Notes: generated from the letters alone by a model not told the origin. A stretch of 64,000 nt of DNA from Octopus sinensis (GCF_006345805.1 NC_042997.1:100502001-100566000), one strand, 5' to 3'; positions 12,119-24,519 are shown, counted from the stretch's first letter. Program-made: numbers and translations.

Positions 12119-12148
12119 CTGTTGAAGAGCGTAGGCTCGAAACGTAAA
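12119..12148 (+). ncRNA. Minimal PLE-type hammerhead-like motif with a variant core (A6U)
   Basis: CTGTTGA-A-GAGC-gtag-GCTC-GAAA-CG-TA; palindromic loop-less stem III (ACGT); only 2 bp of stem I. Confidence 0.45.
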
Positions 12149-14589
12149 CTTTCTCTCTTTCCCGAGTGTCAAACTAATATACCTGCTTGTTGCTTATACA
12201 CCTGTCTTCGTCTGTTTTTCTGTGAATTTCAACTATATATATATAAATATATAAAGCACGGTTTCAATTTTAATTGAAATCATATTACTTCACTTAGGAC
12301 ACTAATGATGATAACAAAAGGGGTATGAACACCACGGCATGGCATTTCTTGATAGATCGCGAAACCTTGTGCCTTTCTGAGAAATCGATATGCAAGGGAA
12401 ATAATTATGTCAACACTTGTTAATCTTGCAAGTTACTCTACTTGTTCTGTCTGCAATTTGTCTGCATCACCGAGAGTCCGTGTGACGCATACTTAAAAAT
12501 ATATTTATATACATATCTATATAGATATATTTTCTGTTTTATGTATGAAAAACGAATTACCAAAAAGGATATAGTAAGTTTTTCACATATTTCATTTTGA
12601 ATTTTTGTTTCTTTTCTTCTTTTATAAATGTATTATTTTTGTACTACAAGACGGAGCGTCTAAACACGTCATATATTTCTTTCATTTGAAGCCAAAAAAA
12701 CCCTATTTCAGCCTATCTCTTAGATTATTTGTATTATTATTACTTCTTTTTACTGATCCAGTAAGAATATCATTGTGATAAGTAATCTTAAGTGCTTTGT
12801 ATCAGGATAAATTTTATTATTTCATTAGAATATTTATCAATTAATAATTTCTCAGGCAGGCAAGAGACTTCGAGAAAAGCTCCCGGCAAACTGATTCCGC
12901 GGTCCACTTTCGCTTTTGAGTTGTAATCCACTTCATTTCATTTATAACATTTGTATGTCTTTTACAAAACTATGAATTTCATAGAATCTCATTTCCGCGT
13001 CTTTAATAATTTTATGTCTTGTATGAAGATAAACGATCAATAATTCGTCATATACAAGTGGGGTTTACTTTTATAACGAAATTAATTGTATGGCTAAAAA
13101 GCCGTTTTCATAGATAATGCATAAGAATTTCAATTAATAACATTTGCATTTCTTTCTTACGTGTGTTTTTGCAAAGGAAGAATATATATCATCTACAGAT
13201 AATATATAGACAGATTACTGCCTTGCCCCTTCTTAAATAATATCACGCAAAATTTGATACATTCCTTTGCAAAATTTGTTTTAACTCTTTACATTTTTAG
13301 ACTATGTTTTTCTAATTTCTTGTGGCAGTAGACAACTATCAATATATATAACAAATTTCCATATGAATCAACGTTTATTTATGATGGCTTCCTATTTGCC
13401 TTTACCTCCTTTTCTCTTTTGTTTGATCAGGAACACCTCTCGTAAACGTAATTAGAGTTAAAATAACCTTCCCGGTAAAAAAGAATCAGTTATTTTGTAC
13501 CTGCAATATGTTTGAGTTTCCAAGCAATACCGAAGTTTCTTAATTCCATCTATGTGTGTTTTATCTTTGTTTGCTTTCGAAACTCAGATTTTATCTTTAG
13601 CTTGCAGATAAGAAATATTAAAGCCACCGTTAAGGTGTTGTTACAAACAAACAAATGTTTATACTCATAAAACAATTTTTCGCCAAACAAGTGTGTGGAT
13701 GTTGCTAAATTGTTCTCGGGGTGCATACTGGTCCCTGAAATTAAGAGAAAATACAATTCGCTTTTATGTTACAATTTATTGGTTTAGCGTTTTCACAATT
13801 TTTGTTTTAAGAAACTAACATTATACTGGATCTTATTTAAACGGAATGATGACAGTTGTATTTTCGAAACTCATTTGTCTTATAGTTAAAAACTTTCGGT
13901 AAACTGAACACAATGCACTTCCTGGCTTCTTTTACCTTTCGTAATATCTTCACCGTAATCTCATAGAAGGTTCTAGAAAATACACCTCATAATGTTCATA
14001 AAAATATAACTTAAATTACACAAATTAAATAACCAAACTTAGATAAAAATATAAGAACAACGCCCAACACAACAAACTAACACCACATAAAGCTTCAAGT
14101 AGCTAAATGAATAAATAACTTGCAACAAGTTTAAAGAATATAAATCCCTCGTGGATTGTACAATTCCTGCTTGAGTTCCTATCTCTACACAAAAAAAATC
14201 ACAAACTGCTCAGGGTGCATCTATGCATCATCCCAATTTTTGGTCCCTCCATCTAAAATTGGGGATGATACATTAGATAATGTAATCCTAGATACCTATA
14301 AAAACACTAGATGATGAAGACCGGAATGACTTCGATAATATGTCAGCTTGTTCAGTTCTCAATTAGAACAATAACAATAAAGAAAATGACAAGCTTAAAA
14401 AAAGATCCCACCTTCAGACTTCTTATTCAATGCAGCAGGATTACTAAAAATGAAAGAACACCTGAATATATGTGAGGGGTTGTTTCTTACTGTTCTTTTT
14501 GTTATATATATATAAATGCAATCAAGCTCAGCCACTCAGACACATCTGCAACACTCTAGAACAATACTATAAACAAAGATTTTTGTCTT

Positions 14590-14900
14590 GCAGGTTACTT
14601 GGTGACCCTATCAGTCCAGGTGCCACTTAAAAAGCATCCAGTCTACACTGTAAAGTGATTGGCAATTGGAAGGGCACCTAGCTGTAAAAACCTTGCCAAA
14701 ATTGACCTTTCCTGTGCTTGTGCTATGTAAAAAGCAGTAAGTCCACTCTGCTGGGTGGTTGGTGTTAGGAAGGGCATCCATTTGTAAAAATCGTGCCAAA
14801 ACAGTCAGAAAAGCCTGATGCAGGTTTCTGCCTGGTCAGCTCTTGTCAAACCATCCCACTCATGCCAGCATGGGAGGCGGCTGTTAAACAATGATGATGA
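14590..14900 (+). mobile_element. RTE 3'UTR-derived fragments ending in (GAT)n
   Basis: ttaggaagggcatcc...catgccagcatgg...gttaaacaatgatgatgatg. Confidence 0.7.
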
Positions 14901-15369
14901 TGGTGATCTTAAAATATTATCGCTCACTCATTTAAGCAAACAAAAAATACAGAGACATAACATCATCATCAGTGACCCCATAGAGCTCTAAGCACCTCTG
15001 GAATGCAGAGACCCATCTGTAAATGCTAGGAAACATCTGTTGCACTCAAACTGAAGCCTTTTATCACTTTCACTGAAAACACTGCTGAAACCTGTTCATA
15101 TGCAAAAACAAGCTGGATAATTTTTTAAAAGAAGGTTATGAGTTGGACTGTTACACTTCAATCTATACAATAAATAACCGCATATCAAATTATATGGTAT
15201 AGTTTTCCATTAGGAATGGTATATGTGACACTAGATATCTATTGATTTCACCTACCTCTTTGTCTAATTACTTATGTACCATATGCTGATTTGATCAGAG
15301 CTGACTTAAGGATTACTACAATCTGAGGTGTCACTGTTAAGTTCGAAATTGTTATTGAATCCTATAAAA

Positions 15370-15580
15370 GCAGTAAGCTGGCAGAATTGCTAACGTGCTG
15401 GACAAAATGCTTAACAGCTTTTCATGTCATTACATTCTGATTCAAATGCTGTCATAGCTGACTTTGCTTTCATCCTTTTAGGGTCGATGAAATAAGTACC
15501 AGTCAAATATTAGTTTAATGCAATTGACTAGCCTTCTCCCTCAAAATTCCTGGCATTGTACCTATAGTAGAAAGGATTAT
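15370..15580 (+). mobile_element. SINE family B
   Basis: gctggcagaattgctaacg...gactttgctttcatccttttagggtcgatgaaataagtaccag. Confidence 0.7.
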
Positions 15581-15971
15581 TTAATCCTATAACTCCTTTG
15601 CTTGTTTTAGTCAATAGACTGTGGCCATGCTGGGGCATTGCTTTAAAGAATGTTTAGACAAATGAATTGACCCCAAAACTTATGTTTTGTCACTCGTTCT
15701 CTTTTGCTCTTTTGTTGAACTGCTGATTTACAAGGGGCGTAAACACAGACACAAAATCATATACATATATATGGATTTATGTGCAGTAGTACAACCTCTG
15801 GAACCATGTGGTTGAGAAGCAAGCTTCTTACCACACAGTCAACCCTTTGCCTATATATATATATACACACACACGCATATATATATATGTATTTATATGA
15901 AGTGGAACAGAACCCGGAACCATGTTGTTGGGAAGCTAGCTTCTTACCACAAAGTCAAGCCTTCACCTATA

Positions 15972-16970
15972 TCTATCTTCTATATATATAAAACTGAGAA
16001 TGTGTGTCTGTCTGTGTGTTTCCCTAAAACTTGAGAGCTACACAACCAATTTCATTCAAATTTTACACATGCCTTACTTAGGGTCCATGTAGTGTCATGG
16101 GCAAAAAAATGTCTAACTTCTTGCCTAGGGGACGCAGTGTAAATAACGGACAGAGTCAAAACTATTGAAAAGGTTGCAAGAGGCAACGAAAATTTTAGGA
16201 AAATAAAAATAAGAAATAAGTGGAAATTTTACCGGTGAGTGTGTTAAATAATAAGGCACAAAAAGAAAATGACTCTCCCCAGACACAACAGAATATGCTT
16301 CAACACACGAACTCATATAAAGAATCTTGCAAACCAAATCCAAAAACGAATTACAATATATTTATTTTAAATTGTTCATCTTTCTCCTCCTCTCTCTCTC
16401 ACACACATTACTTTGGGTGCGAAAGAGTTTTGTTTTTATTTTACGCCAAGTAAAAAAGTGTTTTGTTGACAATCCATTTATTTAACAACAAAGAAACAAA
16501 GAGGGGAGTAACAATCTGTCAGTGAATTACACAATATAAATGGGTACAATTTCCGAGGCTTCCACCACACCCCACTCTGTTTCATGGACAACAAAAAGGG
16601 TTTTGAGGCCAGAGTAGTTGATTACACGCAAAAAAAAAACGATTTTTTTCCTTAGTGAAAATCGTGTAAGAGTTAATCTACAAATTTAACAGCATTTTTT
16701 CCATTCATTTCTGTTTATGAACATGTATGCGTGCACAAAACATGCAATAGGTGTACGTACGTACGTATGTATATGTGTGTTCGTGTCTGTTGCCCATATA
16801 TATTTATATTATATTATATATAATATATATATAACATATATAATATAACTAATTTCAACGGATTTCGCCCAAATTTGATGTCTATATTACTTAGTTTGGT
16901 TTGAAATAAAGAACATGATTAGCTTAATAATCGTAACTTAATCCTGAGCAAGGCTGGGTTATACTGCTAG
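15972..16970 (+). mobile_element. Complete non-autonomous Helitron (~1 kb)
   Basis: Inserted between A and T; 5' TC, 3' CTAG at 16967-16970, degenerate subterminal hairpin, no TSD; partial copies at 24154-24310 (+) and about 33055-33140 (-). Confidence 0.75.
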
Positions 16971-16979
16971 TATATATTT

Positions 16980-17212
16980 AGACCCCTTCGGTCATGAATG
17001 ACCATGGGATTGCACCTAGGAAGTTACCCTCCTAGACACAAGTCTGGGCAAGGTTGTTTATGGAAGGCCAGCAGTCGCCCATGCATACCAGCCTCCCCTC
17101 TCCACGCCACCAGTGTTATCCAAGGGAAAGACAAAGGTCGATACAGCTTGGCACCAGTGACGTCGCAACTCATTTCTACAGCTGAGTGAACTGGAGCAAC
17201 GTGAAATAAAGT
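16980..17212 (-). mobile_element. SINE fragment (catttctacagctgagtgaactggagcaacgtgaaataaagtg type)
   Basis: Recognised from memory as a recurrent SINE body/tail; lacks the tRNA-like head. Confidence 0.5.
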
Positions 17213-17228
17213 GATATATATATATCAT

Positions 17229-20200
17229 AGAGTACTTAAGATTAGAAAGTACTTGAGATTAGAGAGTACTTAAAATTAGAGAGTTCTTAAGATTAGATTA
17301 GTGCTTCACCATAGATCAGCTACCATTATCTCAGCCTATGCCCCTCAACCGGGGCTACTGGAAGGACAGAAAGACCGATTTTATGACACCCTATTGCAGA
17401 CTACCTTGTTGACAAATGACAGGGACCTTCTCTTTGTGGCTGGTGACTTCAATGGACATGTTGGACAGCATGTCGGGGGCTTCCATGGCATACATGGGGG
17501 CTACGGTTTTGGCTCTTGCAATGAGGAGGAAACCAGGCTGTTGGAGTTCTGCGATGCAAATGATCTTATGGTTTGCAATACCAACTTCAGGAAACCCACC
17601 TCTAACCTAGTCATCTACTGTTCTGGCAGACACACTAGCCATATTGACTACATCCTCGCCAGAAAGAGGGAAAGAGGGTGGCTTATAAATTCCAAAACCT
17701 TCCCAGGCAAAGAATGTACCCCTCAACATAGATTAGTAGTTAGCGACTTCAGGATCAGGGCTAAATGGTTACCCAGAAGAAGACCAGCTTGGAGGAGAAG
17801 GGTCTGGAAGCTTAAAGATCCTGCAAATGGACAGAGATTTAGAGACATACTATTCGAAGCCTTCGACGAAATAGAAGGGGATATAGCATCACATAATGTG
17901 GAAGACAACTGGAGGTTTCTACGGAACAATCTGCTGAGAGCCACTGACCAGATCTGTGAATGGAGCAAAGTCCCATCTCGACCCAAGGTAACGTGGTGGT
18001 GGAACAATATGGTTGACAGGGCTATTAGACAAAAGAAACAGGCTTGGAGGGACCGGAAGAACGGAGGTAGCTGGGAATTGTATCAGACTGCCAGAAGGGA
18101 AGCTAGGAGACAGGTTTATTTAGCCAGAGGGGAAGCAGATAAGAAAAAATTTGCCAATGTTCTGCGCCGTGAGGACCAAAGACTTGAGGTATTCCGTGTT
18201 GCAAGACAGTGTGTGAGAGAGAATCGTGATGTGGTAGGAGAGAAATGTGTCCGTATGGATGATGGTTCACTTGCACTAAATGAGGCTGCAAAGAGAGAGG
18301 TTTGGAGATGCCACTATGAAAGGTTGCTCAATAAAGAGAATGAATGGGAGAAAGAGAGTTTGCCGAATGTCGACCCAACAGAAGGACCAGCTATCCAAAT
18401 TGACAGTACCTTGGTAGTTAAAACAATCAAGAGTATGAAGGCAGGGAAAGCCCCCGGCCCATCAGGAATCACTGCAGAGATGCTCAAAATATCTGGCAGT
18501 GTCGGCTATATCCTAGTCACCTGTATAGTTAACCAGGTGATACACGAAGGAGTCATACCCAATGACTGGTGTCGCAGTATAATAGTCAACTGCTACAAAG
18601 GTAAACGTGACGCTCTAGATACAAATAATTACAGAGGTGTCAAGTTGCTGGATCAAGTAATGAAGGTCACGGAGATGGTCATGGCCCAACTAATTAGAAA
18701 GAGAGTTAGTTTAGATGATATGCAGTTTGGGTTCGTGCCAGGGAAAAGTACCACTGATGCTATATTCCTGGTAAGACAGCTGCAGGAGAAATACCTAGCC
18801 AAAGATAAACCTCTGTACCTGGCTTTTGTTGACATGGAGAAAGCCTTTGACAGGGTCCCCCGATCCCTTATCTGGTGGTCAATGAGGAAACTAGGGATAG
18901 ATGAATGGTTAGTGAGAGCTGTGTGAGCCATGTACAGAGATGCTGTTAGTAAGGTGAGGGTTGGCAACGAGTACAGTGAAGAATTCCGGGTAGAGGTTGG
19001 GGTCCACCAAGGCTCAGTCCTCAGCCCCCTCCTATTTATCATAGTCCTCCAGGCAATAATGGAGGAATTCAAGACAGTATGCCCCTGGGAGCTCCTCTAT
19101 GTTGATGACCTTGCTCTAATTGCTGAGTCACTATCAGAACTGGAGGAGAAGTTTCAGGTGTGGAAGCAAGGATTAGAATGGAAGGGCCTTAGAGTCAACC
19201 TAGCTAAAACCAAAGTCCTAATAAGTAGGAAGGTAGACAAATCACAAACGCCTTCAGGTAGATGGCCCTGCTTAATTTGTAGAAAAGGCATAGGTAGAAA
19301 CTCTATAAGATGCACCAAGTGTAAGCTATGGACATATAAGAGGTGCAGCAATGTCAAAGGAAGGCTAACTAGGAAGATAGTTTTTGTATGTGGCAGATGT
19401 TCAGGAGCAATAAACACTGAAAATGCTCTGAGACCAACTTCCGCCACATTCCAGGGAGAAAAACTAGAAATAGTTGATAGCTTTCATTACCTAGGTAACC
19501 AAGTCAGTAGCGGGGGCGGGTGTGCTGAAAGTGTAACTGCTAGAGTAAGAATAGCCTGGGCAAAGTTCAGAGAGCTCTTACCTCTGCTGGGGACAAAAGG
19601 CCTCTCGCTCAGAGTAAAAGGTAGATTTTATAACGCATGTGTACGAACAGCCATGCTACATGGCAGTGAAACATGGGCTGTGACTGCTGAGGACATGCGT
19701 AAGCTTGCAAGGAATGAAGCCAGTATACTCCGATGGATGTGTAATGTCAGTGGGCATACTCGACAGTGTAAGTACCTTGAGAGAAAAGTGCAAGAGAGAT
19801 GACTGTGCTGGTATGGCCATGTGGATAGCTGCGCTTGAATGGATGTAGATAGCTGTGTGAAAAATTGCCACACCTTAGCGGTTGAGGGAACCTGTGGAAG
19901 AGGTAGACCCAGGAAGACCTGGGATGAGGTAGTGAAGCATGACCTTCGAACATTGGCCCTCACCAAGGCAATGACTAGTGACCGGGACCTTTTGAAATAT
20001 GCTGTGCTTGAGAAGACCTGGCAAGCCAAGTGAGACCATAATGTCGTGGCTTATGCCAGAGGTGTAATCAGCCCACTTATCTGTACCTTTCCTTCATTGG
20101 ACACTAAACTCTGCTTGCAAAGACCTGTTGAGGCAAGTGAAATCGAAATCAAATTCGATGACTGGCATCCATGCTAGTGGAGCTCTAAGAATACCATCCG

Positions 20201-20512
20201 AGTGTGATCGTTGCCAGAGCAACAGACTGGCTTCCGTGCTGGTGGCACCATTTGAGCATGGCTTCTGTGCCGGTGATACCATTTGAGCGTGGTCATTGCC
20301 AGTACCGCCTGATGGGCGCTCGTGCCAGTGGCATGTAAAAGCACCCACTACACTCTCAGAGTGGTTGGCGTTAGGAAGGGCATCAAGCTGTAGAAACTCT
20401 GCCAGATCAGATTGGAGCCTGGTGCAGTCATCTGGTTCACCAGACCTCAGTCAAATTGCCCAACCCATGCTAGCATCAAAAGTGGACGTTAGATGATGAT
20501 GATGATGATGAT
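17229..20512 (+). mobile_element. RTE-clade LINE, 5'-truncated, with most of APE endonuclease plus RT, 3'UTR and (GAT)n tail
   Basis: APE GDFNGHVG and SHIDYIL; RT KAPGPSG, QFGFVPGKST, FVDMEKAFDRV, GVHQGSVLSP, LYVDD (19095-19109); one nonsense TGA at 18924-18926; frameshift near 19766; tail 20491-20512. Confidence 0.96.
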
Positions 20513-20526
20513 ATAAATATATGTAT

Positions 20527-20574
<48 letters not shown>

Positions 20575-20578
<4 letters not shown>

Positions 20579-22184
20579 AGATAAGAAAATGGAGAAATAC
20601 ATCTAAATCAAATATCAATTACCAGATAATACTCAATCACATACTTTATTAAACCACCACATAAGAGACTGTAGGGTTAAATATAAAAAGCAGAACAAAA
20701 CAGTGTACATAAAGGAATGTACATAAAAAATTGTACATAAAAGAGTAATGTTGTATAATAAGTAGAATATATATAAAAGAGAATATAATTATAAGTAAAT
20801 ATAAATATAAGTAAATATAAATATAAGTATAGATTACATCTTACAGCTGTTTCGGCCATGTAGATAAGTATGTCTCATTTTACCAATATTAGCCTTTTAT
20901 GGTAGGTCAATATGTAGATATAAATGAGACATTTACAAAAATATCATAAGGCCTCTTCGGAGATTATGTAATGTAAATCAGTCTACATATATACCCACAT
21001 GGGTGTGGGTACATACCCATAATACAACATATACATATACATATGGGTGCATATACTCACACTCCTATTCACATAAAAATATACATATACATAATGATAT
21101 AAATAAATAATATAAATTAGTAAACATATATATGTGTTCCACATTCAATGTCTCAGTTTTTCGACTTAATATTGTGATAATAAACATACACAAATTAGTA
21201 CCTAGATGCAAATATACATAGTCAATAGTACATTATATTAATTCGTACTAATTTCTAAAGTGTCATTAAAGTTAGCATCATTATCGTTGTCAATACCATT
21301 AATGTTACCATTATTATCATTCTTAATATTATTAATAACGCTTACATTAGGATCCAGAGTGGTACATATGCATGTCCGGGTTCCAGTTAGTAATTTTCTT
21401 TATGACATAAATACACTATTGGATTTGAATTTAGAATTATCATTATCTTCCTCACGGTTGGTCAATTGAGAGCCGCCCGACCTCCACCACACCGCACAAG
21501 CAAAACATACACATCCATATCTAACCCTAAACCCACACATCCACACAGAAACTCACACACACATACATGCACACACACATGAATACACCCCGACACATCG
21601 CTACACATTCACTAAATTGCAGAGTGTATGTCTGTCATCGCATGGCTTATAGACAAATCAGTACAGGCAGCAGTGTCTAACACTAACACACACACTCACA
21701 TGCACATCCGCATATACACATAAATATTAATACACTCTCGTATACTGTGTCAGGGAACTTTCGCACACACATATATATTTAAATATATATCTGCGCACTC
21801 ATACGTACAAATAAAACCTATATTTATATCTACCCATGACCCATGAATAAATATTCGCATATACATATATACATATCCAAATACGCACCTGCGTGCTCAT
21901 ATGTGTAATAAAAACATACATCCGTACATCCACCCATGATCATACCTATATGTACAAAAACATACATACATACACATACACATTTTCACACACCTCGACA
22001 CCTCAACACACATCCACTAAATCATAAATTAAAATATGTCTGCCCATCCAAAGACGTATATATACATACACAAAAAGTAAACAGAAGTTACTATTAATTT
22101 AGATATAAGTTCATTAATTATAAATTAAATTAATTATAGATTAGTAAGTGCCAAATAAACAAAAATAAATAATTAAATAAATAA

Positions 22185-22222
<38 letters not shown>

Positions 22223-22983
22223 ACATGTATAGATAAATATATAAATAAAATGGAATACAAGTTAAGGAGGGCACAAAGATAAACCTAATATAGTAAGTAT
22301 AAGTGGATACTTCAGAATGCACCCACATGCACATACATGTGCATGCATGCCCCCGCATGGACACACGAATTCATGGCCGGACACAACCGCACACGTCCCT
22401 CTCGCACACACGATCACCAAGATGCACACCAGAGCACGCGTACAAGTACACGCGAATGTCTGCAAGCACAGCGCACGAGAGTGCACACATTGATGCACAT
22501 GCACAGACGTGCTCGCGGACGCTCACGCACACGCGTACGCGGGTGCACAAACTCCGGTGCAGTGCCACCCGGGCCCACGCCTGTGCCGCAGAAATCCCAC
22601 AACCCCCAACAAACCAACCGTAAAAGAAAAACCACCTTATGTATTGTTCTGACTATATCTGTTTTAATCTGCATTACATATGGTATTATTAGCCATAGTG
22701 TATCGTCCTCACTATGTGGATTACTCCTCAAATTGTTATTCTTGGGAAAAACCCTATTATTCTTTATATTTATATTCTCTTTTATATATATTCTACTTAT
22801 TATACAACATTACCCTTTTATGTACACTTTTTTATGTACAGTCCTTTATGTACACTGTTTTGTTCTGCTTTTTATATTTAACCCCACAGTCTCTTATGTG
22901 GTGGTTTAATAAAGTATGTGATTGAGTATTATCTGGTAATTGATATTTGATTTAGATGTATTTCTCCATTTTCTTATCTTGTA
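20575..22983 (-). mobile_element. Non-autonomous Penelope-like derivative bounded by ~214-bp inverted repeats
   Basis: 20575-20788 is the reverse complement of 22770-22983, with about 4 mismatches by eye; hammerhead motif just inside the left arm; no RT ORF. Confidence 0.6.
20834..20971 (-). ncRNA. Type I hammerhead ribozyme candidate (U4C core, ~92-nt stem II insertion)
   Basis: Minus strand reads ATCT-CCGAAGA-GGCC-(92 nt)-GGCC-GAAA-CAGCTG-TA-AGAT; all three stems pair; predicted cleavage after GUA, between 20842 and 20841. Confidence 0.55.
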
Positions 22984-23149
22984 TTAGTAATTTGTGGTAA
23001 ATCATTTTACCTTTGCCCATATAATACAGTAAATGAATTGATTGCATCGCAATCATTAACATTTATGTATTAACTTTGTTGGGTACTTCACTAGCAGTAT
23101 ATTGGATATATGTTATCCCATGGAGAGTTGCATTTACAACCCCTATCTC

Positions 23150-23153
23150 AATT

Positions 23154-23209
<56 letters not shown>

Positions 23210-23227
23210 TATAGGTATACACATATT

Positions 23228-23272
<45 letters not shown>

Positions 23273-23379
23273 TATATATAATATATATACACACACATAT
23301 ATATAGGTATACACATATTTAAATATATACATATATACACACATATATACAGATATATATACGTGTGTGTGTGTGTATG

Positions 23380-23418
<39 letters not shown>

Positions 23419-23508
23419 GAATATATATGTATATATATGTATATATATGTATGTATATATATGTATATATATGTATATATATATGTATGTATATATATGT
23501 ATATATAT

Positions 23509-23549
<41 letters not shown>

Positions 23550-23778
23550 CAAATATATATATATTACACAATCAATATATATTATATATACACATCCATA
23601 TATATATAATATATACACATCCATATATATATACACTTATACATATAAAATTACATATATATATATGTATATATATATATATACATCCATATATATATAT
23701 ACTTATACATATAAAATTACATATATATATGTATATATACACACATCTATATATATATACTTATACATATAAAATTAC

Positions 23779-23809
<31 letters not shown>

Positions 23810-23870
23810 GAGAGAGAGAGGTATAGATATATAGATATACATACATACACACACACACACATATATAAAA
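23150..23870. repeat. Compound (TA)n array with higher-order units
   Basis: The block cacacacatatatataggtatacacatatttaaa occurs twice; the block cacttatacatataaaattacatatatata occurs three times. Confidence 0.9.
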
Positions 23871-24153
23871 TATAAAAATTTCTCTATAAAAAATCTCCCT
23901 ATAAGAAGATCAAAATGTTTCTTCTGGTAAAAAATGGTATGGAAACACCCAGTTCTTTCAGAGTTGGCATCTCTCAGGAATCGATGGGATGGACCTACTG
24001 CTGGTCATTTGCGTTTAGTTGTTGAAATATGTGACAGACATATGTTAACTAACCTAAATTGTGATTCTACGTAAACACTGCTTTGCACCATCATTTTGTT
24101 ATTTTTTCAATTGCATGACCTACTAGCACAAATCGGTCAATGTATTGGCCGAA

Positions 24154-24310
24154 TCTATGTATATAAAGATGAGAATGTGTGTACATGTGTTTGTGTGTGA
24201 ATCACTAAAACTTGAGAACTACACAACCAATTTCATTTGAATTTTATACATGCCTTACTTGGGGTCCATGTAGTGTCATGGCCAAACCAATTTTTAACTT
24301 CTTGCCTAGT
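24154..24310 (+). mobile_element. Helitron 5' fragment (same family as 15972-16970)
   Basis: A|TCTATGTATATAAAG...ctaaaacttgagaactacacaaccaatttcatt...ggtccatgtagtgtcatgg. Confidence 0.7.
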
Positions 24311-24519
24311 GCAAGCCCAGAGCAATATCATATCTCCTCCACTATTTCAGTATTACTTGTCAAAAGTGAAACAATGACATCTCTCTATTGTAATGTCAGA
24401 TATTTTCACTTTAATAGTTTCTCTTTAATACTGAAACTATTACAGTGAAACTATTATCTCACATATATACAGGCATACATAAATACATACATACATACAT
24501 ATATATAATATATATTATG

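Noticed and set aside
17416-20029. Overlapping and antisense ORFs within the RTE
   Set aside because: Shadow frames of the RT ORF.
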